DNA of 64,000 nt from Candidatus Poribacteria bacterium (GCA_965215265.1 OZ244048.1:4736001-4800000); one strand, 5' to 3'. Positions 40,386 through 51,876 are shown, counted from the stretch's first letter. A program made the numbers and translations. The notes: generated from the letters alone by a model not told the origin.

Positions 40386-42290
40386 ATGAACGCCACGGTC
40401 AATATGTTTGAAAACCAAAACCGAAGAACTTTTTGGCGGTTTGCGACGTATCACGCACCGTACACCGGCTCCATTCTCCTCGCTATGGCATCTGCTGTTG
40501 TCATTGCTATCTGTGACTTAGGCGCGATTCAAATTTTTGCCGATACTATTGATGCCTTTGAGCAAATTGGCGGAAGCTCTTTTGAGGAACCCGTCTCTAT
40601 TAGATACCTTCAGACTGAGGATATAGTTCACTTTGAAGGGTTTGAGATTTTACTCACCGATGCCGGAGGCGCACTTCGCGTAATCTTTTGGTTACTCGGC
40701 GGTTTACTCAGCCTCGTTTTTATAAAAGGGATTTTTGTATACAGCAATGATTATCTGATGGCGCGTGTCGGACATAAAGTCGCCTTTCGCCTACGGAACG
40801 CACTCTACCAGCGAATTGTTGTCGCACCCTTAGCGGTTTTACGCAAAGAGCGCAGCGGTGACTTGATGGCACGCGTCACCGATGATGTACGGATGTGGCA
40901 GAACGCCGTAGCCGCTATGGCAAATATCATCCGTGCCATCAGTCTCGTTACCGTCTTTATGTCTATGATGCTTATCAAGAGTGTCCAGATGACGTTATTT
41001 GCGCTACTTGTTCTTCCCTTTCTTGCATACCTCATCACGCGTATAGGGACAAGCATCCGTAAAACCAGCACAGAAATTCAACTACGGAGTGCGGACATCT
41101 ATGCTCAATTAAAAGAAACACTTTTCGGAATTAAGATTATCAAAAGTTTTACCTCCGAGGAAGCAGAACGCCAACGTTTCCGGAGCATCAACTGGTACCA
41201 GTATTGTGCAGCAATCCGACGGGCACGGCTCGCTGCATTCTTACCTCCCACCATTGAATTTTTGGGCGCGGCCGGCATTGCAACTGTCTTCGGATTAGGA
41301 TGCTGGCAAGTTATCAATGGGCAGCTCTCAACAGGATGGTTCATCGGTTATATCACAATGGTAGGTTTGATGTTGAAACCCATTAAAACGATTGGAAGTG
41401 TTAATAACGTTTTGCAACAGAGTCTTGCCTCAGCTGAACGCATCCTTTATCTACTTGATTTTCAAGAAGAGGCATATTGTAAGAAGACGGAAACAGGTTC
41501 GCAAGGCGGTGAAGTTTCAAAACGCATATCGCTATTTTCTACAGAAAAGGGCAGCCACACGCACGCAGCGGTGAAGTTTCAAAACGTTTCCTTTGCTTAT
41601 CAGCAAGAACCTGTGATTAAAAATGTCTCTTTCACCGCGAAACCGGGGGAAGTCGTCGCGCTCGTCGGCCCAAGCGGAAGTGGAAAAACCACACTCCTCA
41701 ATCTGTTGTTACGATTCTATGAGGTTGACTCTGGGGCAATTTGGATTGACAATCTCTGCATTTCCGAGGTGCCCTTGGGGACACTACGACAAAACATCGC
41801 GCTTGTGCCACAAGATACCTTTCTCTTTGACGGGACAATTCTGGAAAATATCGGATACGGATGCCCCAGTGCCTCGCGCGAATTGATTATTGCAGCGGCA
41901 AAAAAGGCAAATGCACATGAATTTATCACGAAAACGCCACGCAGCTACGATACTGCAATAGGCGAAGCAGGCATAACACTGTCCGGCGGAGAACAGCAAC
42001 GTATCTCAATCGCACGGGCAATTCTAAAGGATGCCCCGATCCTTGTCTTGGACGAAGCAACGTCCGCATTGGATACGCACTCCGAAGCATTGATTCAAAA
42101 CTCATTATCGAATTTGATGAAGGGTAGAACAAGCTTTATTATTGCCCACCGCCTCTCTACTGTTATCCGAGCTGACAAGATTCTGGTCGTCCAAGCAGGT
42201 GAGATTGTAGAAACAGGAACCCATGAAATACTATTAGCAAAGGAAGGGGTGTATCAGAAACTCTGCAAGATGCAGTTCGGCATCTCTTAA
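40386..42290 (+). CDS. MsbA-like ABC exporter (TMD+NBD)
   Basis: GPSGSGKTT, LSGGEQQRISIARA, LDEATSALD, IAHRLST. Confidence 0.92.
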   Translation: MNATVNMFENQNRRTFWRFATYHAPYTGSILLAMASAVVIAICDLGAIQIFADTIDAFEQIGGSSFEEPVSIRYLQTEDIVHFEGFEILLTDAGGALRVIFWLLGGLLSLVFIKGIFVYSNDYLMARVGHKVAFRLRNALYQRIVVAPLAVLRKERSGDLMARVTDDVRMWQNAVAAMANIIRAISLVTVFMSMMLIKSVQMTLFALLVLPFLAYLITRIGTSIRKTSTEIQLRSADIYAQLKETLFGIKIIKSFTSEEAERQRFRSINWYQYCAAIRRARLAAFLPPTIEFLGAAGIATVFGLGCWQVINGQLSTGWFIGYITMVGLMLKPIKTIGSVNNVLQQSLASAERILYLLDFQEEAYCKKTETGSQGGEVSKRISLFSTEKGSHTHAAVKFQNVSFAYQQEPVIKNVSFTAKPGEVVALVGPSGSGKTTLLNLLLRFYEVDSGAIWIDNLCISEVPLGTLRQNIALVPQDTFLFDGTILENIGYGCPSASRELIIAAAKKANAHEFITKTPRSYDTAIGEAGITLSGGEQQRISIARAILKDAPILVLDEATSALDTHSEALIQNSLSNLMKGRTSFIIAHRLSTVIRADKILVVQAGEIVETGTHEILLAKEGVYQKLCKMQFGIS

Positions 42291-42545
42291 AATATACGGT
42301 TGCCCCGCACAGGATGCCTTCTAGAAAAAATGAAATTTAGGTAAACCTTTAGCCTCTCATTAACGTCACAGATAAATGATTAGCAACGTAATTTCTGCCC
42401 GGGTTCTTAACAGCATTCATGACTGTCAAACGCAATTAGAGGCGCTTATGACGTTTACCGCAAATCTGATGCAAAACAGAGAGGGGCTTGCCAATAAACT
42501 TGATATGAGCAACCAGCTCGACGTAGATGAACTATTCTCGATGCA

Positions 42546-42580
42546 TCGGTAGGATGAGGCACAAGCCTACACCCTACCGA
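42546..42580. repeat. GGTAGG/CCTACC palindrome (REP-like or terminator)
   Basis: TCGGTAGG...AGGC-ACAA-GCCT...CCTACCGA between convergent genes. Confidence 0.5.
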
Positions 42581-42594
42581 ATCGGTACGAGCAC

Positions 42595-43170
42595 TTAATT
42601 TCGCCCTCTTTTCGTGATAGCCCCTTCCAAGTCGGTATCGCGATAGACTGTTTCAGAAAGATCGACTTCATATAGATAGGCACCTTTGAAATTAGCACCG
42701 AGTAAAACGATGCCTTTGAGTTTAATTTCACCGAAAATTGCTTCTTCAAGATTCGCGCCTTCGAAACTGGTTAAAGTTCCAAACGGCCCTGGAACCTTGC
42801 ACTGCGGACAGCCAAGGGTGGCACGGTGCAAATTCGCTTGACGGAAGTTAGTACTACAAAGCAGACTCCCGCTGAGAAACGCACCGCTCAGATTCGCATT
42901 CTCAAAGTTTGCATCTGTTAAATTCGAACCGACAAGATAGGCACGGTGTAGAATCGCATCTGTTAAATTCGCACCGGTTAGATTGGCATCGTTTAAATTG
43001 GCATCTGTTAAATCGGTTTTGCTTAAATTAACGCCACTTAGATTAGCTGCAGACAAATCAATGCCCATGAGGACCTGGTTCGCCAAATCCAGGTCTGCTA
43101 AATTTTTACCTGAAAAGGATTCACCCGCAAGGCATCCTTGGACAATATCATTTTGCGTTAGTTGATGCAT
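42595..43170 (-). CDS. Pentapeptide repeat protein
   Basis: Tandem A(N/D)L.. pentapeptides; GGAGG RBS. Confidence 0.92.
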   Translation of the reverse strand: MHQLTQNDIVQGCLAGESFSGKNLADLDLANQVLMGIDLSAANLSGVNLSKTDLTDANLNDANLTGANLTDAILHRAYLVGSNLTDANFENANLSGAFLSGSLLCSTNFRQANLHRATLGCPQCKVPGPFGTLTSFEGANLEEAIFGEIKLKGIVLLGANFKGAYLYEVDLSETVYRDTDLEGAITKRGRN

Positions 43171-43459
43171 AAACTGCCTCCAATTTTCGGATATTGGTTC
43201 TTAAAACGGCTGCACTGGCGTGAATGTTGAACACTGAAACTCGCCAGAGATGTTTTGGCCGAGAAGAATCTGGTACTGTAATTACGTGCTTTTGGGAAAA
43301 CATAAAAACGATGTTGCATCCCCAATTTTTATATAGAATACCACATATACACAGAAAAGTTAAATCTTTTTATGGTGTGCTGCAACTAACTAACAGCAAT
43401 CGACTATTTTTAGTTGAGGAGCGGTTTCACCCCAATTTTCTATTCCATGAGGTGATAAC

Positions 43460-45076
43460 ATGAAAAACTTTGAGCAAGGCTATTTTGTAGAAGAATTATT
43501 TGCCAACGAGGAGAAACAGGAAGAGCCCGTAGAGACACCCAGGGATGAAAATTTCGCGTACCTACAAAAAATCGCGAAGACCCCTTTACTTGAAACCCAA
43601 CAAGAGAGACATCTTTTTAAAAAATACGAAGAAGGACTGCACACCTTCAACACCCTTTTAAATCAATTTCCTGCATGGATACTGACATCTCTTGAATTCT
43701 CGCAAAACCGCGCCGCTAGTGGGCAATACCGCTTTGAACCTGCTCAAGCGGAACATGGTACAATCATGAACCAGGTGCGTTCACATGTCCTTGTTATTCA
43801 GGATTTATTGGAAAAACTGCAAAAGAAGGCAGGGCAACTGTTGAAGATAGAAGAGACGATTTTTGCAGCCAATGTACACCTCATTGGAAAGTACCTCAAC
43901 GAAGCATCGCCTGCAGAATTGAACCAAGCGGGAAGGTCTGGGCTCCTCAAAGCCATTGAGACGCGCGGAACGCGACGTGGCAAAGCATTCCGGGCACATG
44001 CACGCCTGTTAATTCGAAACAGCATCAGCACTGCTGCCAAACAAGCCGACACCTCCAACAAGATGGAGAATATAAGCTGCACAGCGAGTAAAGCAGCAGC
44101 CATAAGTAAGAAACCTGCATCAAATCTGCTTAGCCCGGCGGAAGAAGCAGGCGCATTTGAGAATTTCGATATCATCCATTATGAAATCGTGCGCATGTTG
44201 GATAAACTGCCGAACGGAATTTTACCCGAAAAGTCTTCGCCTTGCAAACCGAGGACGCTCCCGATTGTCCTTGAATGCCTGCAAAACGAAGTCCAGCATC
44301 TTAACTGGTTATCAAACAAGCTGCAAGACGCAGATCAGGTGACACACACCACCAAATTAGAGATTGTAGAGGCAAACCTCAGACTGGTTGCTAGCATCGC
44401 CAAGCAGCATCACTTTAACAAAACCTCTTTAACCTTTCTCGATTTGATGCAGGAAGGCAGCATCGGACTAATGAAGGCGGTTGATAAATTCGACTATACT
44501 CTCAGCTATCGATTCAGTACGTATGCCACCTGGTGGATTATGCAGTCGATTAAACGGGCACTTGACCAGCAAGGACAGATAATTCGTGTGCCCTGCTATA
44601 TTGGAGAGGCACGCCGCGCTATTAAGCAGGCACAATCGACCCTCACCATGGAACTCAAACGCGAGCCAAATATCCAAGAGATCGCTAAGGAAGTCGAACT
44701 TCCGGAAAAAAAGGTCGTCGAAATTCTACAAGCCACGAAAGATCCGGCATCTCTGGACGCACCGATTAGTGACGATTCGCCCGAAGCGACTTTTTCTGAA
44801 CTGATTCCTGATCAGTCTCAAATCACCCCGGAAAACTACTTGCTCGACTACTCCAAAATTGAAGCAATCGTGGAAGTACTCAACAAAGCACTCAACCCAC
44901 GCGAAGCACAAGTGATGGTCCTACGATACGGGCTCATCGATGGTACCGAATACACGTTGGCAGACATTGGCAACAAACTTCGCATTAGTCGAGAACGGGT
45001 ACGCCAGATCGAAGGGGAAGCCATTATTAAACTCCAAACGCATGATGCCAAAAAACTGCTACAGGAATTGCTCTAA
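43460..45076 (+). CDS. RpoD/SigA-family sigma-70 factor with atypical N-terminal half
   Basis: [52 protein letters not shown]...SRERVRQIE. Confidence 0.92.
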   Translation: MKNFEQGYFVEELFANEEKQEEPVETPRDENFAYLQKIAKTPLLETQQERHLFKKYEEGLHTFNTLLNQFPAWILTSLEFSQNRAASGQYRFEPAQAEHGTIMNQVRSHVLVIQDLLEKLQKKAGQLLKIEETIFAANVHLIGKYLNEASPAELNQAGRSGLLKAIETRGTRRGKAFRAHARLLIRNSISTAAKQADTSNKMENISCTASKAAAISKKPASNLLSPAEEAGAFENFDIIHYEIVRMLDKLPNGILPEKSSPCKPRTLPIVLECLQNEVQHLNWLSNKLQDADQVTHTTKLEIVEANLRLVASIAKQHHFNKTSLTFLDLMQEGSIGLMKAVDKFDYTLSYRFSTYATWWIMQSIKRALDQQGQIIRVPCYIGEARRAIKQAQSTLTMELKREPNIQEIAKEVELPEKKVVEILQATKDPASLDAPISDDSPEATFSELIPDQSQITPENYLLDYSKIEAIVEVLNKALNPREAQVMVLRYGLIDGTEYTLADIGNKLRISRERVRQIEGEAIIKLQTHDAKKLLQELL

Positions 45077-45182
45077 AAAAACGACAAGGCGATTCGAATC
45101 AAAGGCGAATTCCTTATCGCAGCCCGCTGGCACGAACGTTTGCTTGTCTATCTCGCCTGCCAATCTTAGGAGGGAAACAGGA

Positions 45183-46399
45183 TTGAAAATCGCGTATTTT
45201 GACTGCTTCTCAGGCATCAGCGGCGATATGATACTGGGGGCACTCGTTGATATAGGTGTCGCACCCGAAGTGCTCATATCCGAATTGGCAAAACTTAAAT
45301 TGGATGCGGAATTTAGCTTGCACTTTGAAAAGGCAACGAAACACGGCATTTCCGGAACCCGGGCTGTTGTTAAAGTTCCGGACGCGCACACATCACACAC
45401 CCCAGGGCACCACCACGGCCCCAGTCGTCACCTCGCGGACATTTTCAAACTGCTTGACCAGAGCGGGCTTAACGCAGACATCCGCGATGGTGCAAAACGT
45501 GTTTTCGACCGGCTCGCGGAAGCAGAAGCGAAAGTACACAATACCACCAAAACTAACGTTCACCTCCACGAAGTGAGCGGCATCGATTCAATTGTTGACA
45601 TCGTTGGAGCAGTCATCGGGTTATCACACCTTGACGTTGATACGCTCTATGCCTCGCCTCTCTCCCTTGGACGTGGCTTTGTCCAATGTGCACATGGACT
45701 CATGCCGGTCCCCGCCCCAGGAACTATGGAACTCTTGAAAGGTGTCCCTATTCACCAGACGGACATCCCTAAAGAATTGGTGACACCGACAGGTGCCGCA
45801 CTCATCACAACGTTCGCTAACGGATTTGGGACAATGCCACAGATGACGCTGACGCAGGTAGGCTACGGCGCAGGAACGCGAGATTTAAAACAACGTCCTA
45901 ACCTGCTGCGCATCTGCCTCGGAGAAAAAAAAAAGGATTAAATGAAGAGACTGACCAGGTCGACATCATTGAAACCAATCTGGATGATATGTCGCCAGAA
46001 ATCACCGGATATGTGATGCAGAAACTCTTTGAGAACGGTGCACTAGAGGTCTTCCTCACACCGATTTTCATGAAGAAGGGGAGACCTGCTACGAAGATAA
46101 CCGTGCTCTGTCATGCCGACCGGCGCGAGATGCTGATTGAACTCCTTCTCACTGAGACAACAACCTTTGGGGTTCGCTGTACTTCCATGGCCCGCGTCAA
46201 ATTGCACAGGCAGTTTACCCAACTTGAGACACCGTGGGGAAACATCCAAGCCAAGTGCGGGTATTTCAACGGCACACTCATCAAAACAGTCCCGGAGTAT
46301 GACGACTGTAAACGCGTCGCGGAAGAGAACAATATCCCGATTCGAGACGTTTATGCAGAGGCACTCCGCGCACTACATAAATCGCATGTGCCACACTGA
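45183..46399 (+). CDS. larC: Nickel-pincer cofactor nickel insertase LarC, split by a -1 frameshift at 45925-45935
   Basis: KIAYFDCFSGISGDM, His-rich loop, HLHEV..IDSIVDIVG, ELVTPTGAA; the -1 frame continues DQVDIIETNLDDMSPE, MKKGRP, ETTTFGVR, PEYDDC. Confidence 0.9.
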
Positions 46400-48252
46400 T
46401 AATTTGGATGAACTTCTTCGCCAAAGTAGTCTCGGATCGTGCGTGTCCGGCAGGTTCCCTCCAAGGCATAGAAAACGACTTTATCAATTTGACGGTATTT
46501 GCGGCGGACATAGTCTCCCACCTCGATTTGCTCGTCTGTCAGTGTACTGAAAAGCTCGCTGTCATGAATTAGTTCCAGGAGCATCAGGTCTTCCTGTCCC
46601 CAATACTGAATATAACCCTCGCTCTGTAATTCGGCAAGTTGCTCCATAACCTGCTTAGGATTCAACTCCGTTTTCTGACACAATTCCAAAATAGTTCCTC
46701 GGTACGCATGCATGTTTGTGTTTAGCCCAAGGTGCTGCCCAAAATACGTTTGAAGACACTCTGCTACAAGTGTTTTCTCATCAGTCGTCCGTGCAAGCGC
46801 AGATTGTGAATGATGAACTAACCGGACTGAAAGTTGCGAAGGCACGTTGTACCACCTCTTCACAAATCCAAGTTTCTCAAGATAACTGAGGCAGACTTGA
46901 ATTTTTGTGACTTTAAGTCCGCTCATCCACTCCAATTCATCATGAGCAATCGTCCGGTAGCGGCCATCACCTTTGAAATTCTCAATCACCTTTAAAAGTT
47001 TGAGCAGAGATAGTTTATCCGGTGCACTCTCTTTGATAAACCACTCGTGCAATCCCCTGTCTTCCGGGCAATAGAGCAAAACACATTGTGAATCTTTTCC
47101 ATCTCTCCCGGCTCTTCCAACTTCTTGGCAGTATTCTTCAAGGGTACCTGTCATGGTCCAATGTACAATATACCGGATGTCAGGTTTGTCAATTCCCATT
47201 CCGAAAGCATTTGTGGCGACAAGGATGTCCAATCCACTTCCGCTATCATCAAAAAACGCTTCTTGGACGGGTGCGCGTTGATGCGGTTCAAGGCCCGCGT
47301 GATAATAGTCGGCACGGAACCCACGTCTTTTTAAATAAGCGGCAATCTCCTCGGTTTCTCGGCGGCGGCCCGCATAAATAATCCCATTATGAGATTCTGA
47401 GCACTCAGGCTGTTCTCTGCAAAACACACCCATCGCAAGCAGAATCTCTTCGAGTCGTTGATACTTTTCGGCTTCATCTCTGCTTTCTTGGACGCTCAAC
47501 TTCAAATTCGGACGTTCAATTCCTTGTGTGAAAACCTTAGGGGACGGAATCTTTAGGAGATGTCGGATATCTTCGCGAATATCCGGCGGTGCGGTAGCAG
47601 TGAAGAGGGAAATCACACGCGGCTGGAGAACTTCAAGCGTGTCACAGAGCGACAGATAGGCAGGCCGAAAATCGCGGCCCCATTGTGAGATACAGTGTGC
47701 TTCATCTATAACAAACAGAGAGATGGAGGCTGCATTTAGGATGTCTAAAAATCGCCGACTTCGCAGACGTTCAGGTGAAATGTAGAGAAGCCGGATGTCG
47801 CCACGTCTCACTCTGCTCAATTCATGTTGATAGTCATCCCACGTCTGCGTACTATTTATGAACCCAACGCCGTCAATGCCGAGTGCCTTCAAGCCATCAA
47901 CCTGATCTTTCATCAACGCAATGAGGGGCGAGATGACCACCGTTATACCATCAAGCATTAGCGCCGGTAGTTGATAACATAACGATTTGCCGTGCCCTGT
48001 TGGAAATACCGCGAACACATTTTGACCTGCTAAAATTGCTTCAATAATCTCGCGTTGTCCTTTGCGAAACGAGGTATACCCAAAATAACGCCGCAGGGCG
48101 CTAAGGAGCTCGTCGTCAAGGAGCTTCTCGTCAGGACGTTCTTCCGGATAACCGGCAGGCACGTTTGTTGCTACTGCTCGTGTTGATTCTGTCGAACCGG
48201 TTGACGTGAGAATCGCATCTACTTCTTGAAGCAAATCCTGCAACTTGACCAT
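46351..48252 (-). CDS. recQ: RecQ-family ATP-dependent DNA helicase
   Basis: PTGHGKSLCYQLPA, IDEAHCISQWGRDFRP, ATNAFGMGIDKPD, QEVGRAGRDG, CR...YFGE...CGTCDLC; 3' end overlaps larC by 49 bp. Confidence 0.93.
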   Translation of the reverse strand: MVKLQDLLQEVDAILTSTGSTESTRAVATNVPAGYPEERPDEKLLDDELLSALRRYFGYTSFRKGQREIIEAILAGQNVFAVFPTGHGKSLCYQLPALMLDGITVVISPLIALMKDQVDGLKALGIDGVGFINSTQTWDDYQHELSRVRRGDIRLLYISPERLRSRRFLDILNAASISLFVIDEAHCISQWGRDFRPAYLSLCDTLEVLQPRVISLFTATAPPDIREDIRHLLKIPSPKVFTQGIERPNLKLSVQESRDEAEKYQRLEEILLAMGVFCREQPECSESHNGIIYAGRRRETEEIAAYLKRRGFRADYYHAGLEPHQRAPVQEAFFDDSGSGLDILVATNAFGMGIDKPDIRYIVHWTMTGTLEEYCQEVGRAGRDGKDSQCVLLYCPEDRGLHEWFIKESAPDKLSLLKLLKVIENFKGDGRYRTIAHDELEWMSGLKVTKIQVCLSYLEKLGFVKRWYNVPSQLSVRLVHHSQSALARTTDEKTLVAECLQTYFGQHLGLNTNMHAYRGTILELCQKTELNPKQVMEQLAELQSEGYIQYWGQEDLMLLELIHDSELFSTLTDEQIEVGDYVRRKYRQIDKVVFYALEGTCRTRTIRDYFGEEVHPNYQCGTCDLCSARSASA

Positions 48253-48362
48253 TACGTTTCCTCAATTCCTCAATAGACGCTACATGCACAAGTCCAATCT
48301 CTATAAGCGAACGGTATGCCGTTCTGGGCGAAAATTAGAACAGATAAACCTTTAATAGAAAT

Positions 48363-49112
48363 TCATGCGAAAAATCGGAAGCGGAGGATGTGAAAAATAG
48401 CAGCGATACCATCCTTCCAATTAACAGTCTTGCCTTCTTGGTAATCCCTGCCGCGGTAAGTGATAGGAACATCAACAATTGTACACTTCCGTTTGGCAAG
48501 TTTGGCAGTAATCTCCGGTTCGAAGCCAAACCTATCGGAACTAAGGGAAATCTCCTTCAAGATCGGCGTTTTAATCACTTTATAGCATGTCTCCATGTCA
48601 GTGAGTTTTGTGCCGTTGACAAAATTGGAAAGAAATGTAAGGAATCGATTCGCGAGGTAGCTCCGCAAAAGCCCTTTCTGTCTGCCTTTCATAAATCGCG
48701 AACCGTACACGACATCTGCTTCCCCTGCCAAGATGGGTTGGAGCAATTTCGGGTAATCCTGCGGGTCATATTCTAGATCCGCGTCCTGAATGAGCGTAAC
48801 ATCCCCGGTGATATGTTGGAATCCGGTGCGGAGTGTGGCCCCCTTGCCCTTGTTTACATCGTGATAAAAGATCTTCGTGGAAATCGGCTGCCTCTCTTTT
48901 TTAATTTCGGCTTCGTCACTTGTATTAGCATCTGGGAGTTGTTCGGCCTCGATGCGCCTTAGAATATCCCGCGTGCCATCCGTTGAAAAATCATCAACAA
49001 GAATCAGTTCTTTGCCCATCCCGACATCAACTTTAACAATCTGCCGGAGAATCTCTTCAAGGCTACTAATCTCGTTGTAAATCGGAATCACAATGCTTAG
49101 CTTAGACTCCAT
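48363..49112 (-). CDS. GT2 glycosyltransferase (DPM1-like)
   Basis: SIVIPIYNE, VDDFSTDGT, IQDADLEYDP, TDMETCYK, FGFEPEITAK. Confidence 0.93.
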   Translation of the reverse strand: MESKLSIVIPIYNEISSLEEILRQIVKVDVGMGKELILVDDFSTDGTRDILRRIEAEQLPDANTSDEAEIKKERQPISTKIFYHDVNKGKGATLRTGFQHITGDVTLIQDADLEYDPQDYPKLLQPILAGEADVVYGSRFMKGRQKGLLRSYLANRFLTFLSNFVNGTKLTDMETCYKVIKTPILKEISLSSDRFGFEPEITAKLAKRKCTIVDVPITYRGRDYQEGKTVNWKDGIAAIFHILRFRFFA

Positions 49113-49231
49113 CTGGATGCCCCCAATATTTTTCTCGGCAGTAGCGATAAAACTCTCTTAGCGTGAAACTTCCTGAGTTAATACGGTATAATACCGAATC
49201 TCTCTTTTTTCTGCAAGTGTTTTGTATCGTC

Positions 49232-50527
49232 TCAAGGTGCTTCTGTTTTCGTATCTGTTCTCGTTAAGTGCACCTGCCACATCCCCCACAGCACTGCAGG
49301 AATCAAGGGCAGGCCCGTCATGCCCCATAACACGAGACGTACATCCGCGAAAACGTCCAACAGCGCGCCGACGACTGCAGTGCCAATCGCACCCATCAAG
49401 GTAAACAACGCGAATTCCGTACCAAAAATGCGCCCCCGAATCTCATTCGGTGCCTGTTGTAAGAGCAGCTGCGTTGAAAACACCCACACAATTCCACCAC
49501 CGATACTCCGCACAAATCCACCGAGCAGTACACTCCACAGACTAAAAAGCGGTGCAGCAATTGTCAGACCGAGTGCACCAATCAGGTAACCAAGAACGAT
49601 GCTCCTACGTAGTGCCCGGCTCCGATCGCTTGTCCAATACCGGGCAAAAATCGGACCGAGGCCGCTCCCCACGCCGTTTATACCGTACATTAACCCCAAA
49701 CTCAACGCACCGCCGACACCGATAACAAAGTAATCCTTCGCAATTGCAGCCTGGATAACCTGAAATCCAGACGACATTAACAATGCAATAGCCGCTTTAT
49801 GCATTGCAATAAAAAATATATCCGGGTGCTGCAATAGGTAACGCACCGCTGTCAGTTCAGAACGCCGAGAAACTTCCGCTCTACTCCGTCTACGGTGAGG
49901 CAGCTTAACACCAAGCAGAAACGCAGCGGATACGAGAAAGGTCAAACCGTCAATAATAAAAGCTGTATGCACCCCCAGAAACCCGGCAGTCAACCCCCCA
50001 ACCATTGCGCCCAGCGCAAGCATCACTGACCAAGTTGTCGCGCCAAGCGCATTCGCTGTGCCCAACTCCCGCTGTGACGTAATATCCGGTAAAATCGCAC
50101 TCCGGGCTGGACTGAAGAAGCCGCTCACCGCAAAGAGTAACGTTGTGAGTGTATAAAGCAGCCAGATATCTTTTTCATCTTGCACGAAAAGGAACAACAA
50201 AACAACTATCGCGCGTACAATATCAGTGACAATGAGTAGGTGTTTCCGGTTGTACCGGTCGGCACATATCCCTGCAATAGGGGCTACCACAAACGGCGCA
50301 AGCATTTGCACCGTAAAGAGAATCCCAACCGCAAGACCGGATTCGGTTAACGTTGCAATTAGAGCCAGCGAGGCGATAATGTTAAACCAATCTCCTAACA
50401 AGCTCACAACCTGCCCTGTCCAGAGCCAGCGAAAGTTAGGATTAGTGCGGATTAACTCAATATATCCGACCGGTTTTGCTATCGCCTTCACCCGGTTTAT
50501 CTCTGAAGCACGTTCCTGTTTATCCAA
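49232..50527 (-). CDS. MFS transporter (DHA3-like)
   Basis: FRWLWTGQVVSLLGDW, GICADRYNRK, about 12 TM. Confidence 0.9.
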   Translation of the reverse strand: MDKQERASEINRVKAIAKPVGYIELIRTNPNFRWLWTGQVVSLLGDWFNIIASLALIATLTESGLAVGILFTVQMLAPFVVAPIAGICADRYNRKHLLIVTDIVRAIVVLLFLFVQDEKDIWLLYTLTTLLFAVSGFFSPARSAILPDITSQRELGTANALGATTWSVMLALGAMVGGLTAGFLGVHTAFIIDGLTFLVSAAFLLGVKLPHRRRSRAEVSRRSELTAVRYLLQHPDIFFIAMHKAAIALLMSSGFQVIQAAIAKDYFVIGVGGALSLGLMYGINGVGSGLGPIFARYWTSDRSRALRRSIVLGYLIGALGLTIAAPLFSLWSVLLGGFVRSIGGGIVWVFSTQLLLQQAPNEIRGRIFGTEFALFTLMGAIGTAVVGALLDVFADVRLVLWGMTGLPLIPAVLWGMWQVHLTRTDTKTEAP

Positions 50528-51715
50528 TTAGAGAGCCCACCGTTCGTTGATGGATTTCTGGTAGACTTCAACCTTCCCTGCGACGACATCCTCGTAGTCC
50601 ACGGCTTGTCCACACGCATTGGATTCGTAGATAGCCTCACAAATTGATTTTGCCCGCAGTCCTACAGTCGCATCAAGTTCGGGTGGGCGCTTGTTCTCAA
50701 TGGCATCCACAAAATCATAGCACTCCAATTGCACGCCATCTGTAAAACCGTAAGGAAACAGCCGCTCTTTTTCATGCGTTGAGAGGTTCGCCATATAGTC
50801 AGTCATAAGGCTCTCCATAGAATAGCGGCTCCCATCTTTAAGAATGATTTCGGCACCGTCAAATGGACCGTGGAAGATATCGCCATTATCCAGCAAGCAA
50901 CCTTCACTGCCGTAATAGACGACATGGTTGAAAGAATGCCCAACGGCTGCCCAAGTGCAAGTCCAAAGCCCAATAACGCCGCTTTTGAAGTTAATCGTTG
51001 CAACCCAGGTATCTTCTTGCTCATTCTTGACAAGCACGCCATCTTTTGTGACTTGCAGATTCTCAAATTGACAGACACGTCCGTAAATCGTACTCGGGTC
51101 GCCGAACAGATACCGGAGGGTATCACAATAGTGTGCCCCGGAGTCCATCACCATCCCGCCACCGCCGAGGGCAAGGTCCAGTCGCCAATGCCATGCACTT
51201 TGGGGAGCCGGCGCGCGATAACTTGCATGTTGTGCACTGAACATTCGCATCTCACCGAGCATCTGTTTATCGTTCATTAACCATTCGGCGGTCCGCCGGC
51301 TCGGCATCCGGCGGATATTCTCAGCCGTTGCAGCAATTCTGTTATTCGCCTTCGCCGCCGCAATAATTGCATGGCTCGCTTTGACGGTAACACCGACCGG
51401 TTTCTCTACCATCACGTTAACACCCGCATCGAGGCATTTTATCGCGTTGATATGGTGATGCGCGTGCGATGTACAGATATCAGCACCGTCCAAATCCACT
51501 GTGGAAAGCATCTCATCCGTATCATCAAACACCGCTGGCTTTTTGCCCGTAACCTCTTGGACCCGCGTTGCAAATGCGTCCGCTCGTTCTTTAAATGCAT
51601 CGCACATCGCAACGAGCGCCACCTTCCCAGGCACCCTTTCATGAATAGTAAGATACGCGTTGAGATGGCCGTTTGCCATACCACCACAACCGATAATCGC
51701 AACCTGAATTGCCAT
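50528..51715 (-). CDS. Gfo/Idh/MocA family oxidoreductase
   Basis: IIGCGGMA, VMVEKP, GGGMVMDSGAHYCD. Confidence 0.92.
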   Translation of the reverse strand: MAIQVAIIGCGGMANGHLNAYLTIHERVPGKVALVAMCDAFKERADAFATRVQEVTGKKPAVFDDTDEMLSTVDLDGADICTSHAHHHINAIKCLDAGVNVMVEKPVGVTVKASHAIIAAAKANNRIAATAENIRRMPSRRTAEWLMNDKQMLGEMRMFSAQHASYRAPAPQSAWHWRLDLALGGGGMVMDSGAHYCDTLRYLFGDPSTIYGRVCQFENLQVTKDGVLVKNEQEDTWVATINFKSGVIGLWTCTWAAVGHSFNHVVYYGSEGCLLDNGDIFHGPFDGAEIILKDGSRYSMESLMTDYMANLSTHEKERLFPYGFTDGVQLECYDFVDAIENKRPPELDATVGLRAKSICEAIYESNACGQAVDYEDVVAGKVEVYQKSINERWAL

Positions 51716-51846
51716 CAAAATTCTCCTTTCCCTAAAGAGTTAGAATCTCTATGCGAATTGAAAACCCACGCTCCTTTTATAGGATAGCACAATTCCAGAT
51801 TCTTGGCAAATTACAAGATACCGTCGCTGAACTCCTGTTAATCACG

Positions 51847-51876
51847 TTGACACCAAATCGAAATCAGTGCTATACT
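51847..51876 (+). promoter_or_regulatory. Sigma70 promoter for the aldo/keto reductase gene
   Basis: TTGACA-18nt-TATACT with TG extension. Confidence 0.65.

Noticed and set aside
44940-45182. Long N-terminal extension of LarC in the ORF track
   Set aside because: Overlaps the sigma factor gene; conserved LarC begins at TTG 45183 (MKIAYFDC)
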